This document shows, piece after piece, positions 9,395 to 18,744 of a DNA stretch of 64,000 nucleotides. Both the position numbers and the translations under genes were made by a program. The notes below the pieces were generated by a model. That model ran no database searches and was not told the origin of the DNA. It saw only the letters and a program-made list of their open reading frames with translations. Every line of letters starts with the position of its first letter. Positions within the stretch are counted from its first letter, which is position 1. The stretch comes from Candidatus Shapirobacteria bacterium (GTDB taxonomy: Bacteria > Patescibacteriota > Microgenomatia > UBA12405), in NCBI GenBank assembly GCA_041658125.1, contig JBBAAS010000003.1:10830-74829 (forward strand). Direction: 5' to 3'.

Positions 9395-11146
9395 GTGTCC
9401 AAATCCCTCCGGGTCATCTTGCTCTCCTTATTCTTTCTTTTTATATTCCTCCCATGCCTGCCCCCGGGGGGTCAAGGGGAGGTGTCCCGGTTATTGGGAC
9501 GGAGGGGTTTTGTCTTTGCCAAAACCATCGACGAAGAAATCGCCGACGTCGTCAAACAGATCAGTGATCTTGAAAAGGCTATGGCTCCCCTTAAAACCGA
9601 GTCCAAAGATCTTCAAAGTAAAATCACTCTGGCCAAAATACAAATTGCCTCCACCGAAAAACAGATCGTCAATCTCGGCCAACTTTTGATCGACAAAGAA
9701 GCTGATCTTGAAGTTCAAAAAATTCTTTTGGGCGAACGTGTCCGTCGCTACTATATCAATAGTAAAAAATTTGATCCTTATTTAGTCTTTTTTTCCAACA
9801 GTCAAAATTCCAGCCTTATTCAGGAATATTCCTGGTATCAATCGATCATCGCCCGCGACCGCAACACCATTTCCCAATATGTTACCGATATTACTAATTT
9901 AAATCTCAACAAAACCAAGCTTGAAGTCGAAAAAGTTAAGCTGGCCGCTCTCAAGAAAAATTTTGAAAATCGTTTTGGTTTTCTGGCTACCGAAATCAAA
10001 AAAGCCGAAAATTATAAAAATATTCTTTCCGCCAAACAGCAGTCTCTTATTGCCGAAAAAACCGCCATGTTCAACACTTCCGTCGGTGACGTTTCCACTT
10101 CTGACGATCCCGCCTCCCGTGCCGATTACAACCCCGGTTTCTCTCCCGCCTTTGCCGCTTTCTCTTTTGGCGCACCTCACCGCAAAGGCATGTCCCAATT
10201 TGGCGCTTTTGGCCGCTCCAAAGCCGGTCAGAATTACGAAACTATTCTTCGTGCTTATTACGGCGATATTAAAATTGAAAAAATTAATACCGATGGTTCG
10301 ATCAAAACCACTATCGGTAGTTTGCCTTTTGAAAGCAATTATCTAGTCGGTATTGCCGAAATGCCGGCCGGTTGGGGCGATCAGGGCGGTTACGAAGCGC
10401 TCAAAGCCCAGGCTATTGCCGCCCGCACTTACGCTCTTAACTCTACCGGCAATCTTTCCGGTACTATTTGTGTTACCGAAGCCTGTCAGGTTTATAAAAA
10501 ATCCCGCTTTGAATCACCCGGTCGGTGGAAACAGGCCGTCGAGGATACCCGCGGCATGGTTATCAAAAGTAATAAAACCGGCAATATTTTTTCCACTATG
10601 TATGCCTCCACTGCCGGTGGTGCTACTTATGGCTATTCTTCCGCCGATCACTCTACTCCCCAGCTTTGGGACACCACCTGCGGCAATCAGGGTTGCTGGC
10701 CCAATGACTCCTATGAAAAACAGGCTGGTTCGTCTTGGTATTACAAAGGTTGGTACAAAACCCGTAGCAATGCCGCCTACGGTCGTTCTCACCCGTGGCT
10801 CACCAACGATGAGTTTTCCGACATTATCAACGCTGTTTTATATTTTTCCAATAGTAACGACTCTTCCCATCTTTCCCAAATTCAAAATTGTATCGGTTCC
10901 TGTGACTCCAATGCCTGGTCCCGCGACGAGCTTCGTCGGCAGGTAGGAGACAAAGGTGGTCCGGTCTCTTCCGTCAATTCGATCTCCGTCGATTATTCCA
11001 CCGGCGGTTATACTCAAAAAGTCCGCGTCTCCACCGACAAAGGCGATTTTAGTTTTGATGGCGGTGCCTTCAAAGACATCTTCACCCTTCGTTCTCCCGG
11101 CGCGATTACCCTCAAATCAAGTTTATTTAACATAGAAAAAAAATAA
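9395..11146 (+). CDS. SpoIID/LytB-domain protein with an N-terminal signal peptide and coiled-coil
   Basis: EALKAQAIAARTYAL is the SpoIID/LytB signature, and the N-terminal half is coiled-coil-like. An in-frame GC-rich repeat encodes PCLPPGGQGEVSR. Confidence 0.65.
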   Translation: MSKSLRVILLSLFFLFIFLPCLPPGGQGEVSRLLGRRGFVFAKTIDEEIADVVKQISDLEKAMAPLKTESKDLQSKITLAKIQIASTEKQIVNLGQLLIDKEADLEVQKILLGERVRRYYINSKKFDPYLVFFSNSQNSSLIQEYSWYQSIIARDRNTISQYVTDITNLNLNKTKLEVEKVKLAALKKNFENRFGFLATEIKKAENYKNILSAKQQSLIAEKTAMFNTSVGDVSTSDDPASRADYNPGFSPAFAAFSFGAPHRKGMSQFGAFGRSKAGQNYETILRAYYGDIKIEKINTDGSIKTTIGSLPFESNYLVGIAEMPAGWGDQGGYEALKAQAIAARTYALNSTGNLSGTICVTEACQVYKKSRFESPGRWKQAVEDTRGMVIKSNKTGNIFSTMYASTAGGATYGYSSADHSTPQLWDTTCGNQGCWPNDSYEKQAGSSWYYKGWYKTRSNAAYGRSHPWLTNDEFSDIINAVLYFSNSNDSSHLSQIQNCIGSCDSNAWSRDELRRQVGDKGGPVSSVNSISVDYSTGGYTQKVRVSTDKGDFSFDGGAFKDIFTLRSPGAITLKSSLFNIEKK

Positions 11147-11152
11147 CCATAT

Positions 11153-11653
11153 ATGAAAAATATTATTGGTCACAAAGTTATTCTTAAACCGTTAAGTTCC
11201 AAAAATCGGATACAAATTGATCAATGGAATCAAGATCCGCTAGTTTCCCAATTTCGCGAAATTGGTACTAAGCCTAAATCAAAAAATATTAATTTGGCGA
11301 TATTTGACCTTTCTTCCAATAAATTAATTGGTGATGTCGGTATTAATTCTATTGATTTGGTTAATCACCATGCCGAAATCGGCTTAGCCATTGGCGACAA
11401 GAACTACTGGGGTAAAGGTTATGGCACTGATGTTATCAAAACTGCTTTGGATTATTGTTTTGATCAATTAAAACTAAATAAGGTTTATCTTGATGTTTGG
11501 CAGGAAAACCAAAAAGCCATTAATTGTTATCTCAAATGTGGTTTTAAGCAGGACGGTATTTTAAGACAACATGTAAAAAATAAAGATGGTTACCATGACA
11601 AATTAGTTATGAGTATTCTAAAATCCGAGCATATTAATATCGAAAAAAAATAA
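11153..11653 (+). CDS. GNAT family N-acetyltransferase (RimJ/RimL-like)
   Basis: LAIGDKNYWGKGYGTDVIKTALDYCFDQLKLNKVYLDVWQENQKAINCYLKCGF is an acetyl-CoA binding motif A/B pattern. Confidence 0.7.
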   Translation: MKNIIGHKVILKPLSSKNRIQIDQWNQDPLVSQFREIGTKPKSKNINLAIFDLSSNKLIGDVGINSIDLVNHHAEIGLAIGDKNYWGKGYGTDVIKTALDYCFDQLKLNKVYLDVWQENQKAINCYLKCGFKQDGILRQHVKNKDGYHDKLVMSILKSEHINIEKK

Positions 11654-12090
11654 TGAAAATTTTATTAAAAAATTTAATACGGTCTTCGTTTATTTGTTTT
11701 CTAATTGCCGCCATTATTGAATTATTTTGGCAGTATTTACTTAATCAAGAAACCAAAAACGGAGGTGAAATCAGTATTTTTTCCAGGTTTCTAATTCCTG
11801 GTTTTTTTCTAGCTTATTGGCTTTTTTTCTGGCCTCTAATCCAAACTTTCTTGATGATCCGTTTCTACGGTTTTAAAAGTTTAGTTATCCGTTTATTTAC
11901 CTATATTCTTTTGTCGGTATCGATGCCTATGGGTTGGGCTGGTTTTTTCGGAATTTTCAAATTTTTTACCGGCGAGTCTAGCACGAATATCACTCTTGCC
12001 TCTGAGTTTGGCATGTATTTGTCCATTTTATTCACTCAGTTCGCTCTCTTTTTTTTGTTTGTCAAAGATAGTCATATCGAAAAAAAGTGA
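11653..12090 (+). CDS. hypothetical integral membrane protein
   Basis: Four predicted TM helices; no family recognised. Confidence 0.4.
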   Translation: MKILLKNLIRSSFICFLIAAIIELFWQYLLNQETKNGGEISIFSRFLIPGFFLAYWLFFWPLIQTFLMIRFYGFKSLVIRLFTYILLSVSMPMGWAGFFGIFKFFTGESSTNITLASEFGMYLSILFTQFALFFLFVKDSHIEKK

Positions 12091-12644
12091 TCCTTATTTA
12101 TGCCTTTTCCAATCCTTGGGGTACCAACATTTCCCGCCGTGTCCTCCTCGAACTTCAAAAACAATTAAGTCTCCCTTTCCTCAAAGGGAGAAGCCCCGAT
12201 GAGACTTTAGTCGACATCGGGAAGAGGGATTTTGCCCTAATTCACGGTCACCCCCGCCCATTCTTCCAAACTCATATTGAACACAAAATTTACTCAATTA
12301 TCATCGGCCTTGGTGATGGCTCCAAATTTATCTCCAAAATCAAAATCGAAACCCGCGCCAAAAATGTCTATTTAGACAAAGAAATTTATCCCTTTTCTCC
12401 GATATTTCTCGATCTTAACCTTCCCGTTGTCGACAACTTTGATTCGGATTATTTCCAAATCGGCTCCAATATGGGTACCTACAACTGCAACTACATGGCC
12501 TATCAAACCCAGCTTCACCTCAATCAAAAAAGTCCGCAAACTAAGCATTTATTTCTCCATCTTCCCCAAAAATCCAACGCTACCGATCTAGCCTCTCGAA
12601 TTCTTTGCCTTTTTCAAGACAATCAAGTATTGAATAAACCGTAA
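12087..12644 (+). CDS. hypothetical protein carrying an in-frame repeat copy
   Basis: GTG start overlaps the previous stop. Contains a short palindromic repeat that encodes QLSLPFLKGRSP. Confidence 0.4.
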   Translation: MILIYAFSNPWGTNISRRVLLELQKQLSLPFLKGRSPDETLVDIGKRDFALIHGHPRPFFQTHIEHKIYSIIIGLGDGSKFISKIKIETRAKNVYLDKEIYPFSPIFLDLNLPVVDNFDSDYFQIGSNMGTYNCNYMAYQTQLHLNQKSPQTKHLFLHLPQKSNATDLASRILCLFQDNQVLNKP

Positions 12645-12649
12645 ATTAC

Positions 12650-12678
12650 TTGAAAATAGCCTAAAATTGTTATATAAT
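12650..12678 (+). promoter_or_regulatory. sigma-70-type promoter: TTGAAA, 17 nt spacer, TATAAT
   Basis: TTGAAA at 12650-12655 and TATAAT at 12673-12678, just upstream of the ATG at 12686. Confidence 0.45.
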
Positions 12679-12685
12679 ATATTAT

Positions 12686-13165
12686 ATGAGTCAGTCTTCA
12701 GAAGTAGTACCTTATCCCCAAGTTCCTGTTTTACCTCTTTCTGTTTATGCCTCTTTAGAAGCAAATTTTAGTTTAAACCAATTCAACGCCTCTCGGTTAA
12801 GACATGACCTTGATGCTTATTCTGTCCATGCTCATTTGAGCACTGCATCAGGATATGTACAAGCCAAAGAATACAGACAACAATCCCTGGTCCCTTCTAT
12901 TTCCGCTAATATTCTTCGGGTTGCAGCCGAACAAATGGAAAAGTTAATAATGGCCGAAGACACAGCCCTGCTTAAAAGAATATACGATGGTCGCTATACT
13001 CAATTAGACGTTATCGTCGGCCTTATCGATTTAAATGGTCAGCTTGTCCCTCGTCGTTTTCGAATTGGTAAAAATCCGTCATCTCCTATGCTTCTCGATC
13101 TTCGTCAATATGTCCAATTTGATGCTCGTCATCCTGCCGTTTCTGGACTAAGAATAGATCTATAA
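12686..13165 (+). CDS. hypothetical protein
   Basis: 159 aa ORF preceded by a good promoter; no recognisable domain. Confidence 0.4.
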   Translation: MSQSSEVVPYPQVPVLPLSVYASLEANFSLNQFNASRLRHDLDAYSVHAHLSTASGYVQAKEYRQQSLVPSISANILRVAAEQMEKLIMAEDTALLKRIYDGRYTQLDVIVGLIDLNGQLVPRRFRIGKNPSSPMLLDLRQYVQFDARHPAVSGLRIDL

Positions 13166-13198
13166 TAATTGTTCTCGCCTTTTTGTTAAAATACTCCT

Positions 13199-13996
13199 AT
13201 GCCGCGTGCCAAGGATCTCGACACTATCGCTCCCGATGATATGGTCTCTGCCATCCCGTCGGTTTCTGTCCCCAAACTCAAAAAACACAAAAAAGCTCGA
13301 TCACATTCTGTAGAGACGCAGCGTGATGCGTCTCTCCCTCTCAACCCCTCGTCTCCTCTTAAAATCGCGCCCCTGCCCTCAAGATCTGCCGATCTCAAAT
13401 ACCGCCAAAAAGTTTACGAGCTTATTAAGGACAAAACCGCCTGGCCCCTTTCCGCTTTTTTAGCCCGCCCCAAAGTTTTCAATTTTGATGGTCAAAACGA
13501 AGACGAGGAAATTTTACTGGTTCTTCGCCGCCATTGGTTTACCAATCTTCACTGGATTTTTTTGACTATCGTTATGCTGGTTGGTCCCATGTTTCTTAAA
13601 TATGTGCCCTTACTTAGCTCTTTTTCTGCCAAATATCAATTTGTTTTTATCCTTTTTTGGTATCTTCTCACTTTCGCCATTACCTTCGAACATTTTCTTT
13701 CCTGGTACTTTAATGTTTTTATTATTACCGAAGAACGGGTCATCGACATCGATTTTTACAATCTTTTGGACAAAAAATATTCCGAGGCCGAACTGGCCAT
13801 GATTCAGGATGTAACTTCGAAGCAAGGCGGTGTCAGTCAAACCGTTTTTGACTATGGTGATGTTTTGATCCAAACTGCCGCCGAAATTCCGGTTATCAAA
13901 ATCGATCAAATTCCCAATCCCAATCTTATAGTTCAAATTCTTCAGCAAATGCGTGGTGAAGAACGTCAGGAAGAGCTCGAAGGGAGGCAAAAATAA
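13199..13996 (+). CDS. membrane protein with a bacterial PH-like (bPH_2/YdbT-like) domain
   Basis: Two TM helices followed by EERVIDIDFYNL...GDVLIQTAAEIPVIKIDQIPNP, a YdbS/YdbT-like pattern. Confidence 0.4.
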   Translation: MPRAKDLDTIAPDDMVSAIPSVSVPKLKKHKKARSHSVETQRDASLPLNPSSPLKIAPLPSRSADLKYRQKVYELIKDKTAWPLSAFLARPKVFNFDGQNEDEEILLVLRRHWFTNLHWIFLTIVMLVGPMFLKYVPLLSSFSAKYQFVFILFWYLLTFAITFEHFLSWYFNVFIITEERVIDIDFYNLLDKKYSEAELAMIQDVTSKQGGVSQTVFDYGDVLIQTAAEIPVIKIDQIPNPNLIVQILQQMRGEERQEELEGRQK

Positions 13997-14211
13997 TGAC
14001 CGAAATCAAGCGCTGGCTTGAGCTTGTGGAAAAAATCTGCGTTATTATCGGCACATTGGTCTATCTTGTTTTTGCCGTTGTCATTGTCCGTCAGGTCAAC
14101 TCCATGTCCAAAATCGTTCACGACAAGTTCAATCTTATTCTTATTGTTTTTTCCTATTTTCATCTGGCCTTTGCCATTCTTTTGTTGATCTTGGCAATTC
14201 TTCTTCTTTAG
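13996..14211 (+). CDS. small hydrophobic protein
   Basis: 71 aa with two TM segments; start overlaps the previous stop. Confidence 0.3.
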   Translation: MTEIKRWLELVEKICVIIGTLVYLVFAVVIVRQVNSMSKIVHDKFNLILIVFSYFHLAFAILLLILAILLL

Positions 14212-14276
14212 GTTGGCGTAGGGCTCCAACATTGGTCTGGCCCAAATGTGGTTTTCAAATTAGTGTCAGTTTATGA

Positions 14277-15788
14277 TTAAAAATTCAGCTTAGTTTCGAT
14301 ATGGTTTTCAGGCAAATAAAGCTTCTGGTCAACTGACAGTTCATCAATAAACTTCAAGTTATGAGAAACGATCAACATAGCTCCGTGGTATTCCTTAAGA
14401 GACTCTAAAATCAATCTTTGTGACAGCGGATCTAGGTATGTAGTAGGTTCGTCTAGAACAAGAAAATTGAAGTTTTGGGCTAGCAATCTGGCAATTGACA
14501 ATCTAGTTTTTTCTCCCCCTGACAAACTAGCTATCTTTTGGAATACTTTGTCACCGACAAAAAGCATTCGACCCAAAAGAGCCCTAAGTTGACCCTCGGT
14601 AAGATTGCTTTCCAGCTTTTTTATCGTTGCTATTAAAGTTAGATCCGGATCTAAATCAGATAATTCTTGGCAGTAATAGCCCCAACTTAATTTATAATCA
14701 CGAACAACTTCTCCTTCGTCTGGAACTAGTTCGCCCAATATTATTTTAATAAGAGTGGATTTGCCGGCACCGTTTGGACCCAGAAGAGCGGTTTTTTGGC
14801 CTCTTTTAACGGTTAAATTAACCTGACTTAAAACTTTTTTGTGGCCGAAAGATTTACTGATATTTTTGACATAAACCGGGATTTCGCCGACGCGAGTGGG
14901 ATCGGGCAAAATGAGCTTCATTTTTTTGGCTTCGGGGGGCATAGTCGGCATATTTTCCTCGAGCTTTTCGACCCGTCTCCGAACCATCAATTTGATGCGG
15001 ATACCTTTTTTAGATTTAAAATGAGACATTTTTAATAAACCTTTTTTCATTTGTTTTAAATGTTTTTGTTCGGTTTCTATTTTTCTTTTCAACAAAGCTT
15101 CTTTTTCGGTTTTGAGTTTTAAAAAATTTTGATAATTACCGCCATAGATATCAATATTTTTAGTTTGAGGGTTAATGTAAAAAATTTTATCTAGTTTTTC
15201 ACCCAACAACTCCAAATCATGAGAAATTAGTAATAGAGTTCCTTCGAAATGACACATAAAATTAGTAACCCATTTTTTACCTTCTTCATCTAAAAAATTG
15301 GTTGGTTCATCTAAAAACAATACGTCAGCCTGACTTAAAATGGCTCTGGCTAAGGCCAGTCGGGTTTTTTGGCCACCGCTTAAAATTTGAGGTGAAATAT
15401 TTAGGCTTATATCCTTTAGTCCTAATCCGGCCAAAACCCGATTAATTTCATGGTCAGGAATGTTAGAAAAAACATTTAAATAATCAGTAATGTCTTTGGC
15501 TTTATCCATGATTAAATCGGCCTTGACTTCCTGAGGAACAAAGGCAATTTTACCTTGTACAAGAACATGACCACCATCGGCTTGTTCTAGACCGGATAAG
15601 ATTTTGAACAACGTTGTTTTACCGGAACCGTTTACTCCAACCAATCCAACCTTTTCATGATTGCTAACTGAAAAATTTACCCCAGAAAAAAGAGGCTGAT
15701 TGGTCCAGGTAAAGAATAAATCGTCAACTTTAATCATTTTGTCATATTTTAAGATAAATTTTTCACTTGGTGTAGGCCTAATTGACAT
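14277..15788 (-). CDS. ABC-F family ATPase (tandem ABC domains)
   Basis: Two Walker A sites (GVNGSGKTT, GPNGAGKST) and two signature motifs (LSGGQKTRL, LSGGEKTRL). The start is taken at the internal MSIRPTP, because the track ORF would overlap the divergent gene. Confidence 0.7.
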   Translation of the reverse strand: MSIRPTPSEKFILKYDKMIKVDDLFFTWTNQPLFSGVNFSVSNHEKVGLVGVNGSGKTTLFKILSGLEQADGGHVLVQGKIAFVPQEVKADLIMDKAKDITDYLNVFSNIPDHEINRVLAGLGLKDISLNISPQILSGGQKTRLALARAILSQADVLFLDEPTNFLDEEGKKWVTNFMCHFEGTLLLISHDLELLGEKLDKIFYINPQTKNIDIYGGNYQNFLKLKTEKEALLKRKIETEQKHLKQMKKGLLKMSHFKSKKGIRIKLMVRRRVEKLEENMPTMPPEAKKMKLILPDPTRVGEIPVYVKNISKSFGHKKVLSQVNLTVKRGQKTALLGPNGAGKSTLIKIILGELVPDEGEVVRDYKLSWGYYCQELSDLDPDLTLIATIKKLESNLTEGQLRALLGRMLFVGDKVFQKIASLSGGEKTRLSIARLLAQNFNFLVLDEPTTYLDPLSQRLILESLKEYHGAMLIVSHNLKFIDELSVDQKLYLPENHIETKLNF

Positions 15789-15889
15789 GTCGAGACAAAT
15801 TAACAGGGTATTTTGGCTAAAATATTTTAAAAAATAAGCTTCGTTTTTCAGCCTTTTATCCGTCAATAGTTGTTTACAACAAGGAGTAT

Positions 15890-17629
15890 ATGTCTTATAA
15901 TATACACATGGCAAAAGAAAGGAATCCTATGGCGAAAACCGCCGAAAACGGAGAGTCTGACTCTAGAAAATTTGTTGCCTCCATAAAGGATGTTGTTTTT
16001 TCAACTTATGATCGTGTTTTGTTTTACGATGTAAATTTTATTCTTCATCGAGGTGATACTGTGGCGGTAACCGGTCAAAGTGGTTCGGGCAAAACGGTGT
16101 TACTAAAAATATTAATGGGTTCAGAACAGCCGGATACGGGTGAAGTTAATATAGCGAAAAATACAAGAATAAGTTATGTTCCTCAGGAAATGGAGGATTT
16201 AGAAGTGAGCGAAGACATTTCTGTTAAAGAATTATTTTTTAAAGCAAGAGGCTTGGATCAAATAGAAGTTAGGTTAAGACACATTGAGGCTCAAATGTGC
16301 CGAAGTGATCTGAACAGAAACGAGATGGATAAAGTTTTGGGTGAGTATGATCGTATCCAGGACGAATTTCAGAGAAGAGGTGGTTATCTTGCAGAAACAG
16401 AAATGGATTTAATACTTGAAGGGTTGGGAGTCGATGAAAGAACTAGCGGACACATAAATCACGAAACAAAATTGTCTGAAGTAAGTAGTGGACAAAGAAC
16501 CAGATTACTTTTAGGCCAGGCATTGTTCGCTGATAGTAACCTGTTAGTTCTGGATAACCCGACTGCTCATTTGGATGTAAAAGCTGTCGGGTGGTTGGCA
16601 TCTTTTGTTAGGGATAGTAATAAAGCAATATTGATTGCCACGCAGGACACCGCCTTTGCTGAAGCTGGTTGTAATAGAATTGTTGAAATTACTGATTTCG
16701 GAAGAGTATTAACGTTTGAGGGAAATTATTCTGAATTTGCCTTAAAAAGAGATGTAATATTGGAGGCTGAAAGAAGAGCAGCAGAAACTGCAAAAGAAAA
16801 ATTAGCAAAGCTTCAAGAAACCTATAACAAATTTAAAGGGGAAGGTGTGTTCAGAAGAAGCGCCGATATGGCTCAGGTAGGCAGAGCTTTAGAGTCAAGG
16901 ATAAATCGGATGCAAGAAGACTTGGAAAATATGCCGGGAATCATACCAACATTTAGGGATAACAGAGCGAAAGAAATGGTTTTTACTTCAAGGGGAAAGG
17001 GAGGGACAATAAGCTTTGAAGGATTAGCAAAAAGTTACGACGGATATGAGGCGATTGACATTGGGGAACTGGATTTAATAGTAAAAAGAGGACAGATATT
17101 GCATATCTCTGGTGAAAACGGAAGTGGTAAAAGTACGCTTGTAAGAATGATCGCCGATAAGGCTGGCTTGGTTTCTTTTAAGCCTGATAGAGGTGAAATA
17201 AAAATAGGTGAAGATATGGTAGTGGGATACTATGCCCCTGATAGGTTGGGGATATCTAGGAAGGGATTGCTTTTTAGTGAAATCCTTGATGCTATGTTGA
17301 TAAGAAATGAGGGCGAAGCTTCGGTGATACTACAATTTTTCGGTTTTCCCCCTCAGGGATTAAGAGAAAGAAGGATAGAAACACTAAGCGGTGGAGAGAA
17401 AAAACAATTGGCGTTAGCAAAAATTATGGCTATAAGGCCGAATATTTTATTGTTGGATGAACCCACGGATGGATTAAAACAAACTATCAAAAAAAGGGTG
17501 GCTTCGGCCCTTAAGGAATTTGAAGGGGCGGCGGTAATAGTATCACACGATTCAGAATTTATTAACGATTTAAATCCTGATTTAGAGCTATCTCTCCCGG
17601 ACAATAAAGTCAAGGTCAAAAAAAATTAA
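15890..17629 (+). CDS. ABC-F family ATPase (tandem ABC domains)
   Basis: GQSGSGKT and GENGSGKST Walker A sites; VSSGQRTRL and LSGGEKKQL signatures. Alternative starts at 15908 or 15929. Confidence 0.7.
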   Translation: MSYNIHMAKERNPMAKTAENGESDSRKFVASIKDVVFSTYDRVLFYDVNFILHRGDTVAVTGQSGSGKTVLLKILMGSEQPDTGEVNIAKNTRISYVPQEMEDLEVSEDISVKELFFKARGLDQIEVRLRHIEAQMCRSDLNRNEMDKVLGEYDRIQDEFQRRGGYLAETEMDLILEGLGVDERTSGHINHETKLSEVSSGQRTRLLLGQALFADSNLLVLDNPTAHLDVKAVGWLASFVRDSNKAILIATQDTAFAEAGCNRIVEITDFGRVLTFEGNYSEFALKRDVILEAERRAAETAKEKLAKLQETYNKFKGEGVFRRSADMAQVGRALESRINRMQEDLENMPGIIPTFRDNRAKEMVFTSRGKGGTISFEGLAKSYDGYEAIDIGELDLIVKRGQILHISGENGSGKSTLVRMIADKAGLVSFKPDRGEIKIGEDMVVGYYAPDRLGISRKGLLFSEILDAMLIRNEGEASVILQFFGFPPQGLRERRIETLSGGEKKQLALAKIMAIRPNILLLDEPTDGLKQTIKKRVASALKEFEGAAVIVSHDSEFINDLNPDLELSLPDNKVKVKKN

Positions 17630-18744
17630 GTTAGGTGCCATTCTGTAATCAACTTTCGAAGTACAAAATTTTGTCCCTTGTTTCGAAATGCTGGTACGCT
17701 ATTTATGACGTTGTTTGGGGTTGATATGGAATTAGAAAATTTTTTCTGTAATTTATTATAAAGTGAACTGTCTTGAAGGACTTGAGAGGAAAGTTTTGAT
17801 GTAATAGCGATAGATTCTTTTTCTGTCATCTGGCTTAGCTTCCAGTCAAAAGGAAAATAATCTTCCCAGGAGAAGATATTATGAGCAGAGGCTTTGACTA
17901 TAGCAGTTTTAGACAGAGCCCATTGGCTTAAATTATGAGGAAGAAATATATTGAGATCTTTTTTCAAGTGAATACTTATAAACGTGACTCCCATACCGGC
18001 AGGCGTATAAATCTTGTGGCATTGTTTGATTTTGAGAATAAATTCATCAAAAGGAAAAGAGCCACAAGTAATTTTTTTGGTTATAAATCGATTAATATAG
18101 TCAGTAGAAGCTTTCCCGCCGGCAATAATGATTTCCTGCTCGGGATTAAAATGTGTATCGTTAATTAATCTGATTAGAAGATCCAAGTATTTTTCGGGAA
18201 TACCCGAGACCAGAGGGTTTTGGGTTCCGCCTAAATGGAAAACAATTGAGTTGTTTAAATTAACTTTTTTAACAAATTTAAAATCATCTGTAATTGGCGG
18301 AATATCAAAGTGATTTTTTCCGGGATATTTGACTTTGTTCAGTCCATTATAGAAATAATATTTTGCCAAGCTATATTCAGCCGGACGGTTTTGACGCCAA
18401 AACCATCCTAACGGATCAATTAACGCAGAGGAAGTATCTATATTGTAAGCTGCTTGGATCGCAAAACGGTTAAGACAACTAATGATCAAGGGATGATAAG
18501 TAAAACGTTGAAGAAAGAGTGTAATTTCTTCAATACTTCTTTGGTTGATTTCGTAAAAATTAAACTTATCTAGCTGATGTTGATTAAGAATTTCATTACA
18601 TAAACCACTGCTGGCAAAAATTAATTGGACGTTTTTAAGTGAGTCGTTAAATTTTTTGGCAATAGGAATTAGGGTTCCGGTTGGTCCATAACCAAAAGGA
18701 TTGGAAAAAAAAATTACAGTTTTTGGGTGTTGATAATTTATCAT
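17626..18744 (-). CDS. hypothetical protein, possibly a GT-B-fold glycosyltransferase-like protein
   Basis: 372 aa with weak Rossmann-like segments (IIIAGGKAS...TPAGMGV). Assignment is tentative and based on cluster context. Confidence 0.3.
   Translation of the reverse strand: MINYQHPKTVIFFSNPFGYGPTGTLIPIAKKFNDSLKNVQLIFASSGLCNEILNQHQLDKFNFYEINQRSIEEITLFLQRFTYHPLIISCLNRFAIQAAYNIDTSSALIDPLGWFWRQNRPAEYSLAKYYFYNGLNKVKYPGKNHFDIPPITDDFKFVKKVNLNNSIVFHLGGTQNPLVSGIPEKYLDLLIRLINDTHFNPEQEIIIAGGKASTDYINRFITKKITCGSFPFDEFILKIKQCHKIYTPAGMGVTFISIHLKKDLNIFLPHNLSQWALSKTAIVKASAHNIFSWEDYFPFDWKLSQMTEKESIAITSKLSSQVLQDSSLYNKLQKKFSNSISTPNNVINSVPAFRNKGQNFVLRKLITEWHLT

Noticed and set aside
9145-10946. Track ORFs 9145-9567, 9393-9689, 9921-10346 and 10353-10946, rich in Pro and Arg
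   Set aside because: They are alternative-frame read-throughs of the SpoIID-like gene and pilin genes. Their composition reflects off-frame translation of coding DNA.
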